This document shows positions 1-11,713 of a stretch of 64,000 nucleotides of DNA, piece after piece (positions within the stretch are counted from its first letter, which is position 1; each line of letters opens with the position of its first letter). The stretch is taken from assembly GCA_016748015.1 (NCBI GenBank), contig JAAOMT010000523.1:1351595-1415594 (forward strand). The letters are read 5' to 3'. Below the pieces are notes generated by a model, which had not been told where the DNA came from, searched no databases, and saw nothing but the letters and a program-made list of their open reading frames with translations. Source of the stretch: Geosiphon pyriformis uo1. Its lineage: Eukaryota; Fungi; Glomeromycota. The position numbers and the translations under genes were made by a program.

Positions 1-523
1 TTAATAATTTGCGGTTATTACGAAAGTATCGAATTAAATTTCATGGTACCTGGACATACCAAATTTAAGTGTGATGGTAGTTTTGGATTGATTAAAGAGC
101 TTTATCGAAAAACAACAGTAGATTGTGTGGATCATATTGTTGAAGTTGTGAAAAAATCAAGTACAGCGGGATTAAACAAAGCTCAGTGCTATGAAAACGG
201 CAAAGGCTTTCAATACTTAGATCTTAATTCCGTGTTGGGAATTTTTTTTAAGAAATTGAGTGGTTTACAAAAGTATCAGCATTTTCTATTTGAAGCAGCT
301 AACCCTGGCATTGTCAAAGCTCAGCTGGTTGCTAATGGTACTTATACTGAGTTTAATTTGTTAAAAACTAAAAAAGCAAATTACCAAAGAAATTAAGTCC
401 TTTTCAATCCTAGTACTAATCCCTTCTCGTTTGGATTACAGAAGGCAAGAATACCTTTATCACAATATTCGTCCATTTGTCCGGGATGAATTCAAAAATA
501 TCACTTGTCCAGAACCAATCTAA
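1..523 (+). pseudogene. 3' part of a Sola-like (DUF7869-type) DDD transposase; one frameshift near 378; 5' end lies outside the window
   Basis: Frame 1 is open from base 1 (LIICGYYESIELNFMVPGHTKFKCDGSFGLIK), and GHTKFxxDxxFGLIK is typical of Sola-type transposases. After a shift near 378 the frame continues ...LDYRRQEYLYHNIRPFVRDEFKNITCPEPI* (stop 521-523), matching the RQxYLYxxIRPF...CPxP C-terminus. Confidence 0.65.
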
Positions 524-699
524 TCTACACTGCCAATAAATAAAACATATTTATATTACCAAAGCTGTAGAAATATGAATACAGGCAAACCTGAGATAAT
601 TCATACTCTTGGTAAATACAAATTGCTATGGGTTATTACAGGTTATGGGTTTTTTCAGGTTTAAGTATATATAGTATACATATAATAAAAATAGATATA

Positions 700-2203
700 A
701 TATTATTAAAAAATAAATTTTATTTGCATATTCTTATAAGAATTTTTAAATAGTTTATGCAATATTAAAAAAACTTGTAAGAGTTGTTTGTTTTTGTTTA
801 TTTTGTATTTTTTATGAAGTATACATTTAACATAAGCAAGCTTACTAACTGCATCATAAAATTTCTTGCTATTTTTAAGCTCTATAAACTGTTCAAGATT
901 TGTAATAGCAGTTAATACATTCTTAATACTCATTACTTTTTGTATCTCTTGTTCTTTATTAGAACTATTATGCTTTGTTTTACAATTTTTTATAATATAA
1001 TTTGCAATCTTATTATTATTCAGATGTTCCAAAATAATTGTATTGTTTTCTTTAAATAGATTTATCAACTTTTCAATTAATAAGTATATATAATTTGGCT
1101 ATGTACAATTGAACTCTTTGTAATAATTCTTAATTTTTTCTAATACTATCTTTTAATTATAATTAGCTTTTATTTCCAAGTTTGCAGTTTTATTCTGAAA
1201 GTTGTTATTTGTATTGATTAAAAAAATGCCAACTTTGTATTAACAATAAGCAATTATTTTATTTAAAACATTTTTTTATGTTTTATAAATTAAACACATT
1301 GCTTAAAATTGATTAATTGCATAAATATTATTAATATTATTATCAAAAAAATTCAATACATGATTAAAAAAATAGTGACAGTAATATGTCTTAAAACAAT
1401 AAATAATTCCAGTATCTATAGGCTGAATATGTATTATTAAGTTAGATATAAACTGTCTTATATGAATATTTGTAATAAATTTTGTATTATAATTGTAATT
1501 AGTAAAATTGTTTATTAATAACAATATGTTTTGGGTTTTTTTATACAGCTAATAATTCTAATTAACAAGGCATTATCAAAAAATATAACCAGTTATCTAA
1601 GCACAAGTGTTTAAATAATACTAAAAACCAAGTTGTTTTTTTGTTTTTTTTAAAAACAACATGAACATTTAGCATAACCAATAATAAGTGGTGGCAAATA
1701 CTTAATTCTATTAATATTGGTTGTAAAAACAAATATCAGTTGTACTTTTGATTGTTTGGTGTTATGTATAGTATTGTAGCAAAATTTTGATTTGGTAATA
1801 TAACATAAAATAATGAGTTTTATCTATATTAAAAATATTATATAACTTTCAATTAGCAAAAAGTGTCATTACATACACTTACTTAATGCTTATTTTTTAA
1901 AATATTCAATTAATTATAGAACTTTATGCCAACAGCTTAAATTACATTTTCAATAAGTATTATTTTATGCAATTTTGCCTCTTAAACAAAAATAACAAAT
2001 GCTTTATCAAAATTAGAATTACATATTGTATATATATACTTGCTAATTAAATCATATATTATATTTGCTTATAAATAAAAATTTGATTCATTTTTAATCT
2101 AAGTTGAAACTTAAGACTATTTTATATATAAAAAACTGTTTTTTTTAAAGTGTTTTGTAGTTTTTAATTGGTTTTTATTATTTGTATAATATTAATTAAG
2201 CAC
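700..2203 (-). pseudogene. Degenerate pogo/Tigger (DDE_1, CENP-B-like) transposase relic, interrupted by Gypsy A1
   Basis: Minus-strand remnants occur in the expected order: NIFNIDKT (IFNxDET), LPPLIIG..CF, Y..NT.A*ITGYIF (AWMT..IF), LLLINN (LLLDN), IQPIDTGIIYCFKTYY (QPxDxGII..FK..Y). Many stops. Confidence 0.75.
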
Positions 2204-3023
2204 TGTTACAGGGGATTATTTCTGCTGTTGAAGTAAATAACAACCCATAACTTGGTGCTCAAAAGCTACTTCCATTGATAATGTTCTAAAGATATTATAT
2301 CTAAAAGTTTTGATAGAGTCTTTTGTATAATGGACAGATATTCAATAGTATCGATAGTAGATGTATCTTTCCAAGAGTTTTCCCAATTTCTTTCTCAGCA
2401 TGGTGGCCAGATTTAGTCTGACAGTTATGTCTTTCTGGTAAGCTATCTGATAATATATAAAATCCTATCCTTATTTCTGGGTCTTTTACCAGGCTATCCT
2501 TGATGTCAATAACTCAGTGCTTAATCCTTTTACTCAATTAGTAAACAACAAAAGAAAATAAAATAAAGAAAATAAAAGAAAATAAAGAAGAAAAGAAATA
2601 AGTCCAAGTGGTTTAACAGGTTAATATTCCATCAATAGCCATGATCAAGAGCTATTGTTCCAGTGTGGTTAAGTATCAATTACTATTAACATGAAGTGTT
2701 GATAGTAGAGAGAAGATTGAGATATGGAATAATTATTTATTTGATGATTTTGTTTTTTGGCTAAAGATTCTGTGATATCGATTCTGTCTTTTCAGTTTTT
2801 AATACTACTGTTATATATACATAATTGAGATTCCTTAATTCCTTAATTCTTCATGACAGGAATTCTGGAATTCCTGGAATCCTGCAATTCCTTGTTGAGG
2901 AATCCTGAAATTCTTGGAATCCTGTAATTACTGAGAGGAATCCTGGAATTCCACATTTACTATGCTTACTTCTGATTGGCTAATAATTATGCTAATATAT
3001 TTCCTATATTTCTATAAGTAACA
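2204..3023 (-). repeat. 3' LTR of A1 (820 bp)
   Basis: Direct repeat of 11714-12571. Contains a CCAAT box, a GGAATTCCTGGAATCCTG array and a TATA-like box on the minus strand. Confidence 0.97.
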
Positions 3024-3038
3024 TTATTCTCTTCTTTT
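3024..3038 (-). promoter_or_regulatory. Polypurine tract of A1
   Basis: Minus strand AAAAGAAGAGAATAA lies immediately before the 3' LTR; equivalents occur in A2 and A3. Confidence 0.85.
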
Positions 3039-3696
3039 AATATTGAGCTCCATCAAAATCTAACTCATGTAATTCCCCCTTTTGAAGTATTTCCTGGATT
3101 TTGTTTTCAAGAATTACTTGTGTTATTTGGGTCTGTAATTCTTCAAATTGAGCATTGGTGATTTTTTCCAATTGATTACTGGTAATTATATCCATTGCTT
3201 TGTTAAGCAATATTTCTGGTTTATCCTGAAACGTTGTGTGTATGCAGTATATGACTCGGGCTTATGTAGATAAGTTGTTTTTTCCCACAAAATGTTCTAA
3301 TTGTTGTAGTATTTTTTTGTCAAATAATCACTTGGTTTTATCCGTATATAGATTCTGGATATTTATGTATTGTCCCAAGTAAAAATAACAATAGTTTTGT
3401 GGAAATTGTTGTATCCACCAATTCCAAGTTTCTTTAGTTAACTCTTGATATAGTGACTCTTTTGTCGATTTTTTTATTGCTAATTTTACTTTCACAATAA
3501 TTTTGTCCACCATATTTTCAGTTTTCTTTGGTGTTCTGAGTTGCAATGTCTTTCTAGTATCTTAATATCGAATGATTTGTTGATTGATTGTAATCTCTAT
3601 TTCCTGGTGTTGGATTAATTGAAAGAGTTGTTGTGCTAGTGTGTGAATATTGTCTGTAATTTCCATTTTTCTAATATTTCCTGTTGCATCTATCCT
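3037..3696 (-). pseudogene. ORF3: extra ~220-aa ORF of unknown function between integrase and PPT (A1)
   Basis: Reconstructs across stops and a frameshift as ..EITDNIHTLAQQLFQL..ETWNWWIQQFPQNYCYFYL..LDFDGAQY*. Homologous to A2 41411-42069 and A3 56833-57490. Confidence 0.75.
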
Positions 3697-3726
3697 ATCT
3701 TTATATATTCTTTTAATTGATCAATT

Positions 3727-5101
3727 TAACATTTGTTGTTGATAATAATGATTGGTTCCAGATCTCGTGGAATCTCATCTGGTCAGACTAGTATTCTCTG
3801 TACTCCTAATTGTGGAATATTATTGGTAGATGGTAGTGTGATGTCGCAATATGGCTTCAGTTGATCTCCATGTACTGCTTTGGTTAAAATTTTGTTATCC
3901 AATCTTAATTTGTAAGCTCCATTTCCTAGAATTTCTTCTATGTGAAATGGTCCGTCCCATTTGGGGTCAAATTTTTTACTCCATTGTTTTTCCACTTTGG
4001 TACAATGTAGTAATACTTTGTCTCCAATCTTGAATTCAACTGGTTTGTTTGGTAGTTGATTATCGTGTCTTTTTTTCTGTTTTTTTTGTGACTTTGAATA
4101 TTATCAGCTGCTTTTCTTCATTTGTTTTTCAATGTTTCTATTAAGTCATATGTTCTTCTCAGCAATGTTTCTTGAAAATTTTCTTCTGTTATTGGTTCAG
4201 CTGGATATGTATTAATTTTTCTCTCTACTGGTAACATTGTTGTTCTTCCATATACTAATTTAAATAGTGTTGCCTGTGTAGTATCTTGTTTCATTGTCCG
4301 ATAAGCAAATAGTACTGATGGTATGAACAAATCTCAATCATTCTGGTTTTCTTGGCTGAGCTTAGCTATTGCTTCACACAGTGTTCTATTGAATCTTTCT
4401 ACTAATCCGTTGGTTTGTGGATGGTATGGTAATGATAATAGTCTCTTAATTCTGAATCTTTGGCTTAATTCTGTTAATGTTCTGTTCACAAAATAAGTTC
4501 CTTGGTCTGATAATAATTCTTTTGGACATCCATGTTGACAAATCAAATCCTGATGAACGAATTTGGCAATGGATTCTGCATCTGCTTTTTAAATTGCTTT
4601 TGCCTCTGGCCATTTAGTGAAATAGTCCATAGCTACTGCTATGTATCTGTTTTCTCTACTGGTAATTGTTAATGGTCTGACTAAATCAATTCCAATATGG
4701 TCAAATGATTGTCCTACTTTGATTGGTTTTAATGGTTCACTGGGTCTTATTCCTCCTCTTCACTGACAAGCATCACAATTTTGAACATATTGAATGATAT
4801 CTGAGTATATTGATGGCCAATAGTATCTCTTTCTGGTTCTTTCTATGGTTGTTTCTTTGTGAAAATGTCCTGCTGTTGGATTTGAGTGCATGTTGAATAA
4901 TATTGTCTCTTTTTCTGGCTCCGTAATTACTCTGGTTGGTTGATCTGGATCCTTTCTATTTTTCTGATAAAGTATATTTTGGTGAGTGATAAAATATTTT
5001 GATTGTTGTTTGATACTCTTTCGTTCTGTTTGAGATAAATTCTCCTTGAACTGTTGAGTATTTATATAATGTTGCAATTGTTGATATTTTTGTATGTTCA
5101 T
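3727..5101 (-). pseudogene. Gypsy integrase (HHCC, DDE, GPF motif; no chromodomain), A1
   Basis: HSNPTAGHF...CDACQ; IDLV / SDQG / VERFN; KFDPKWDGPFHIEEILGNGAYKL; ends ..DLEPIIII. Interrupted by stops. Confidence 0.93.
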
Positions 5102-5179
5102 CTTTTGTTGTATTTTTCCATTGGTATTGTTCTGGTTTTGTTATATTTTTGGGTTGAAATGTTCTTAGATTTGTCTCAT

Positions 5180-6420
5180 TCACAATAAACTGTTCGCATT
5201 TCTGTTGTCTTTTCCTTTTTTATAATGTATAGTATACTTATATGGTGCAAATGCCATTTTCTATCTTGACTGTCTTCCATCTCCAAATTCAGTATATTGC
5301 TAAGTGTTCTTTTTCTGGTGTTCCATAGTTCTTTTCGGCTGGTATATGCCACTGGATGTTCTCTGCCATCTGGTCCTCTCTAAGATAATACTGCTCCTAA
5401 TGTCTAGCCGGATGTATCCGTGGTGATGATGAATGGTTTGCTGTGATCTGGATAGATCAATACTGGAGCTTGTATAAGCTTTCTTTTTTAGAATATCAAA
5501 AGCTTCTTGTTAACTTTCAGTCCATTCATATTTTGTATCTTTGTTTTGCAGTTGGTTGAGTGGCTGCACTATCTTGGAAAAGTTCTTGATAAAACATTGA
5601 TAGTAGCTGGCAAATTCCAAGAATAATTTCAGTTCTGTCATATTGGTTAGCACTGAAAAGTTCTTTACTATCTCTATTTTCTCCAAATCTGTTTTGACGC
5701 TGTCTTTGCTGACTATATGTCCCAAGAATTTTAGTTCTGTCTTGCCGAAGAAGCACTTTGTTGCATTTAACTTTAGTCCTGCTCTTCTTAGTCTTTTGAA
5801 CACTTGTTAAAGATGATGAAGATGATCATCAAACGTTTTTGAAAATACATTGGTGTTGTCCAAGTATACAACTACTGATTTCCACAATAAGCCAGTATAA
5901 ACAATTTCCATTAGCCATTGAAAAGTTGCTGGAGCATTGGTTAAGCCAAATGGCATCACTTCAAATTTGAAATTCCCTTCTCTAGTAGTAAATGCCGTCT
6001 TCTCTTTGTCAGCTGGATTCATGGCTACTTGCCAGTAACTACTGTCCAAATCTAATGTTGAAAACCATTTGTTTCCACTGAAAGTGTCGAATAATTCTTG
6101 TATTCATGGAGTTGGATAACTGTCTCCATGAGTTACACCATTGAGTTTTCTGTAGTCTACACAAAACTGGATTTTTCTATTCTTCTTACAGATGAGTACT
6201 ACTGGTGATGACCATGGACTCATTGATGGTTGAATTAGCCCATTGTTAAGCATTTTGTTTATCTCTTGACAAATGATTTTGTGGCTGGCTGGCGGCACTC
6301 TGTATATTCTTTGTTTGATTGGCATTGTATCTCCAGTCTTGATCTGATGCTGGATGATGTCAGTTTGGCCAAACTCATTTTCACTGGCAAAGATGTCATT
6401 GAAATTGTTAAGTAACATCT
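5180..6420 (-). pseudogene. Reverse transcriptase and RNase H, A1 (RH has small internal deletions relative to A2)
   Basis: SPWSSPVVL, FCVDYRKLN, YWQV, MPFGLTNAPATF, VYLDN (YLDD), FLGHIVS, IITTDTS. Confidence 0.95.
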
Positions 6421-6894
6421 TAAGCTGCATACATTGGAGTGGATCTAAGTTTTCCATGTTCATTTGTTCCAATTGTTCCAGTTGGAGCAAATAACATTCA
6501 TCTTGTTCATAGATTGTTTGTGATGTGATGTCAACATATCCACAAAGTTGTGGAAAGTCTGGAATAGGGTTTGGTGGTTGGTCTTCTATTTCTGTAATTA
6601 AATATCCAATGGTGGTTCCTTCTGGTATGTTGATGACATTGCCAGTATTATTGTAGATGGGAATTTTTATGCTATTATAGCTTTTGGCTGGTATGTAGAG
6701 ATTGATCAACCTAATCTTTCCTGATTCACAAAGGTTTGTTTCAGCTTCAAAAATTTGTCCTTGCTCCTTTTTTTTTCTTCCTATTGCTAACATGTACTGG
6801 TTATATAGTAGAATGGAAATAGCTTGACCAGTTGAGATAATTTCTCCTTGGCCAACAATTTCTTCCTCCGCCATATTAACTGGTACCTCTATTC

Positions 6895-7320
6895 TACCCA
6901 TTGATCCAAATCCTTGTATTCCTCTCGCTGTTATTTCTAATTTTTTCCTCTTTCCTACTGACACTAACTGAGCTACTCTAATCAGAGACAAGAATATTGT
7001 CTGTGCTATCTTTTTGTTGGGCTCTATTATATAGGCCTTTTTTGAGTCATTTTGTAGCATGGTGATGATATTTCCTATATATTCCATGTTAATTATTCCT
7101 CCTCTTATATTGATCCCTCTTTTCGCTAAACTACTCCTAGATGCTAATTGAACTATTGTTGTTGCCAGAATTTCTAGTGTTATTTTCAGATCAATGCAGG
7201 TGTGTGAATGCAGTTCCAATTTAATGGTATCTTTTCTTGAATATCTCAGATCAAACTCTGTATCCGTATCATGTGCACGTTCTGGCATAATACCTTTCCC
7301 ATTGTCACTATATCATTTTA
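6895..7320 (-). CDS. dUTPase domain within the pol polyprotein, A1
   Basis: All five trimeric dUTPase motifs are recognisable: (AG)FDL, SRSSLAKRG, GGII(D)xxYxG, KIAQ, RGIQGFGS(T)G. Confidence 0.92.
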
Positions 7321-7549
7321 ACTCTTGTTCCTTAAAGAGATCTGGTAATGCAATGTATTGTTCGTAGTTTAAATCAGAGTTTGAATCTGAGTTGGCATTA
7401 GTATTATTGTTGTCGCCATATTAAATGGAGTTGGAACTGGTGTTTTCATTGTTATCATTGTCAGAGTTTAAATTGGGATTGAAAATTGATTCCGATTCTG
7501 ATGCACATCTGCTAATTGGTTCTTTCTATTCAGAGATTATATAGATCAT

Positions 7550-8200
7550 GTGTGGTGGTAGATTGTAAATAAGGTCACACTCATCACAATATTGGAAGTT
7601 ACAGGAAATTAGGCAGTGTTGACATAGTCGAGCATTTAACTGCTCTAACTGTTGTTTTTGTTTTTCCCTTGTGGGTGCTAATTCTTGGTAGTGTTTGTGG
7701 AATTGTTCCGGATCTAGGAGATTTATGATGGGTTCTGCATCCCAGTCAAGCTCTAAAGATTCTAGAGGGTTGTCTTTAATCATTTTTATTTCCTTAGGTG
7801 ACATCCCTTCAATTTTGGCAAGTGCCATTCACCAAATTTTGTCGTTATCATATGAACAACTGTCCAGTCGCTATATGGCTCTTCTTCAGACTGATTCTAT
7901 TGGGGTTCCTTTTCTTACCCAGTTGCTTATTAGAATCGTGTATTGACACAATACGTCACACGTTCCTTTACGTCCTGGGATGTTATTTCACATTCTTTCA
8001 TCTAAGAGAGTTTCTTTACAGGCTATACATGGCATATTATCCCATTTTCCCATTCGTTTTGGTCTGCCAAAACATTCGATACAGCATGCGCGGCAATAAA
8101 ACTTGGTTGCCGTCTGATATTCTTTGTCGTCACCACAGCATGTGCCCATCGACGACAATTTCTTACTGCAATCAATGCATATCAATTTGGGTCAGTGATA
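7550..8200 (-). other. Cys-rich domain of unknown function between protease and dUTPase, A1
   Basis: CIDC..CC..CRAC..CIAC..C..C, then CQHCLISCNFQYCDEC. Conserved in A2 at 46030-46660. Confidence 0.7.
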
Positions 8201-8559
8201 GGTCGATGGTTGTTGTTGACTGTAGGTGTATGGGATATAAGTATTGTTGACTTGAGTGTTTTCTTCTTCTTTCTCTTTCCCTTTTCCCTTTTTTTTTTTG
8301 TTTTTTTTCCAATTTCAGCTTGAAGTCAGTTCGCTCTTGTCATTGTCGGTCCAGGTCAAGTCATCGGTTTCCCAGGTAAATTCTTCTTTTTGTTTCCCTT
8401 TTTCATTGTCGTTGTCATTCCAAGGAAGTATTGGCGGCAGTTTGTTGTGCTTTTCATCAGCCCACAACACTTGGTAGGCTTCCCAGATAGGTTTCTTTTT
8501 CTTCTCCTCCAGTTCAATTAATAGTTTTTCTCTTGGAGGAGTCTTGAAGTGGCTACACG

Positions 8560-8925
8560 TGGCCGGTACACATATGTGTTGGCCCTAATATGTTAGCTGG
8601 AGTTTTTGGGTGTTCTAGTCTAACATTGTGTTGACTTTGGATAACCAGTCATTACCAACGAGAGCTTGGTATTGAGTGGCTTCCATCACTAAAACTTTAA
8701 TGAGAGTCATGATGCCATTGATTTCGAAAGGGAAGTCGTCAATTTCGCCAATTGGAGTTTTGTCCACTCCATCAGCTGTGATGATTCTGGCACTGGCAGC
8801 TTGATCAACTCGGTGACCTAATTGTTCCATGAGTTGCCATGTGATGATACTGTCTGCTAAACCACTGTCAAGGATTAATTTAATGGATTGTCCCTCGACT
8901 TTGGCATCAGTGTACATTGCAGTGA
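8560..8925 (-). pseudogene. Retroviral-type aspartic protease, A1
   Basis: IKLILDSG..SII and ALVGNDWL motifs. Confidence 0.92.
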
Positions 8926-9249
8926 TTGGTTTGGCTTCAAGAGCAGCTCCACTAAATAATGGTGTTGCAGCTGTTTCCTTGAATTTGAATAGAAAGATAG
9001 CAGCCAAGGACTTGTCTTCGGTGATGGTAGCAAGTGGAATATTACTGGTGAGTGGTTGTTTTTGGGCAAATGCTGGGTTATTGGTTGAGGTGTCTTCTGG
9101 AGTGACCAGAAGACTTAAATAGTTCTGGGAATTTGGGTTTTGGGCTTGACCAGTACCCAAATTCTGCTGGCATAATCCAGATAATTGCTGTGAAGAACTG
9201 GAGATCAGTTGATAAACTACTATTGCCAATCTCCAGCTCTGTTGAGTCA

Positions 9250-11651
9250 TTTTCAGTCTTTGTGTTCTGTTGGGTGGTAAGCTTTGGAGTGGTGTTTGGA
9301 TTTGTTGGGATTGATAGATTATTTGTGGCTGCGGTTGTTAATAAATCACTTGTGGCTGTGGTTGATAGATTGGAGCTTGGTACACTGGAGACTGATAGAT
9401 GAATGTCTGTGTCATTGGTAGGTAAGCGGATTGGTTTTCATTTGGGTATTGATTTGGAGTTTGGAACTGGCAATCAGGGTTTCAATATTGATTTCCTGAT
9501 TGTTGGTTATTTAAATGCTGGCAACAGTCAATTTAGATGTGTTCTTGTTTACCACAATAGTAGCAGATACACGTTTCTTGTTGCCACCATTAATTGGTCA
9601 ATGAAGATGGATGTGGCTGATTTTGGGCATGATTAGAGTTTCCTTGATTATTGCATCGTTGTGAAGGCTAATAAATGGCATGATTGTCAGCTAAGTATCC
9701 TTCCAATTTCTTATTAATTGATTCACTGAACTTCTCCAATTTAGAATCCAATTCAGATGATCCGTTCATTACTAGATTAATGGCTTGGGCATAGTTGGTC
9801 TTTGACTCAGCAGATTCAAAATTTCTGGCATGTGTAACTGCATCTTAAAGGGTACCTGAATGCAACGGACATACATGTTGCAAGATGCTGCTGCACAGGC
9901 CACAAATAAACTAATTGAGTATCTGTGGTGCTGTGAAATAGTTGGCATCAATTGCTTGAACTTAGCATAGATTTTGATGGAAGTGTCCTAGGTAAGTGGT
10001 GACTGCTTTAGTTTCTTCTTGTTTCATGGTGATGAATGTATTGACTAGGCAATTGATGCTGTTATTGTTGCTAAAGTATCTTAGGAATTCCACTTTGAAG
10101 ACATTAAAATCTTGTGGTTTATTAATTAGGCTGGTACCATGAATTGGCAGTATCCTTGAGAAAGTAGAGAATGACTTGCATTGCTCGAGCGTCATTCCAT
10201 CCATTGGCTGCAATGGCCTTTTCTATATCATTCAGCCATACTTGAGCATTATCCTCTTTGTCAGTAAAGTTGTCAAGTTTTGCAATTGGTACATAGGTCA
10301 TTGGATCTAAGTTAGATGGTTGTGGTGCTGTTGAAGCAGTTGTTGTTATACTGGTTGTTGAGGTGGTAGTTGAAGTGGCTACTGTATGGGTTCGGCTATG
10401 GAATTAATTAGTGGTTGATTGATGACAATTACCGGAGGTAAGTTTTGCTGATTAATTAATTTGGAGTTTGGATTGTTCTGCCTTTAATGATTCGGAGTTT
10501 TGATTTCTGAATTTTCTAGATTTGGATTTTGCTGAGTTTGAAAATTTGGGGTTTCAACTTCCAGGTTTTCAGTGATTGGGCACTGATAAGTGAATTCTTG
10601 ATCCTCTGATTCTTCTTCCTCTTTTTCTGATTCTGCTGCTTCCCACGGATCAGAGATTCTGAAATCTGGTGGAGGCAATGGTGATCAAAGTTCTAATGGA
10701 GCTGATGATCGTGAATTAAATCCCTTAAAGTATTCACCGTATGGTCCTAACAATTCTGTTTTCCTTTGTCTACTTTGGAATGGAAATCGTCCAAATGCTA
10801 ATGTCGCAGTTGATGGAAATGTGTCTGTTAATGATATGTTAATGGCACTTCTAGGTGTATAGTGGTAGGATGGGTTGCTTGGGAATTCAACTCTGTTTTT
10901 CTTCCAAGCAGGTGGCTGTATTTTTCTGGGTGTTACTGCTGGTGTTTGTAATTTTCCCTTGTCTTTACTAGCATATGTAATTGGATATCTTTGTTGAGTG
11001 TGATGTTCAATTTCTTTGTTGATCTCAGTGATGATGGATGTGAAATTATGATTTGTTAGTAGATTGGTGTTTTGAATTAATTCTTTATAAAAAGTTTTCT
11101 TTGCTGATTCAGTATTCACTGGTGTTTCTAATAAAGAGGAAATCTTTTCATTGACATAGAAATTGAAGGCTAATTCGGCGGATATATGATTGTGGTTTAA
11201 TTCCAAGTATTGACAATAGTGTTGAAATAAGAATTTTGCGAATCCTAAATGGTTTGCTCCTATATTTTCTGATTCTGCCACNNNNNNNNNNNNNNNNNNN
11301 NGTTACTGCTGGTGTTTGTAATTTTCCCTTGTCTTTACTAGCATATGTAATTGGATATCTTTGTTGAGTGTGATGTTCAATTTCTTTGTTGATCTCAGTG
11401 ATGATGGATGTGAAATTATGATTTGTTAGTAGATTGGTGTTTTGAATTAATTCTTTATAAAAAGTTTTCTTTGCTGATTCAGTATTCACTGGTGTTTCTA
11501 ATAAAGAGGAAATCTTTTCATTGACATAGAAATTGAAGGCTAATTCGGCGGATATATGATTGTGGTTTAATTCCAAGTATTGACAATAGTGTTGAAATAA
11601 GAATTTTGCGAATCCTAAATGGTTTGCTCCTATATTTTCTGATTCTGCCAC
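9250..11651 (-). pseudogene. gag (long N-terminal extension, Q/P-rich linker, capsid, CCHC knuckle), A1
   Basis: Capsid-like IAKLDNFT..W..FLRYFS..KQ.ETKAVTTYLG.F; zinc knuckle CYYCGKQEHI*IDC at ~9524-9566. Confidence 0.88.
11282..11301. other. Assembly gap (20 N) with an unmerged 350-bp overlap
   Basis: 10932-11281 is repeated identically at 11302-11651 on the other side of the Ns, while every other repeat pair in the window is diverged. Confidence 0.93.
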
Positions 11652-11694
11652 TTTTGGTTTGGTGTTGTCAGTACTGGTTCTCTGTAAGATTATA

Positions 11695-11711
11695 CCTCAC
11701 AGGGAGCACCA
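11695..11711 (-). promoter_or_regulatory. Primer-binding site TGGTGCTCCCTGTGAGG (tRNA ending ...CCUCACAGGGAGCACCA; Ile-UAU- or elongator-Met-like)
   Basis: Starts 2 nt after the 5' LTR with TGG. Same site in A2 (49815-49831) and A3 (60086-60102). The tRNA identity is inferred from known GCUC-acceptor-stem tRNAs. Confidence 0.85.
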
Positions 11712-11713
11712 AA

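Noticed and set aside
3037-3696. ORF3 as a retroviral Env or chromodomain
   Set aside because: No visible signal peptide, furin site, TM helix or chromodomain aromatic-cage pattern.
7695-9636. Plus-strand ORFs over Gypsy and LINE bodies (also 15842-20794, 45675-48386, 58203-58457)
   Set aside because: They are antisense shadows of decayed TE coding frames with no independent motifs.
10932-11651. Apparent tandem duplication of the gag N-terminus (two MAESENIG ORFs)
   Set aside because: Identical 350-bp copies flank a 20-N gap, so this is an unmerged scaffold overlap.
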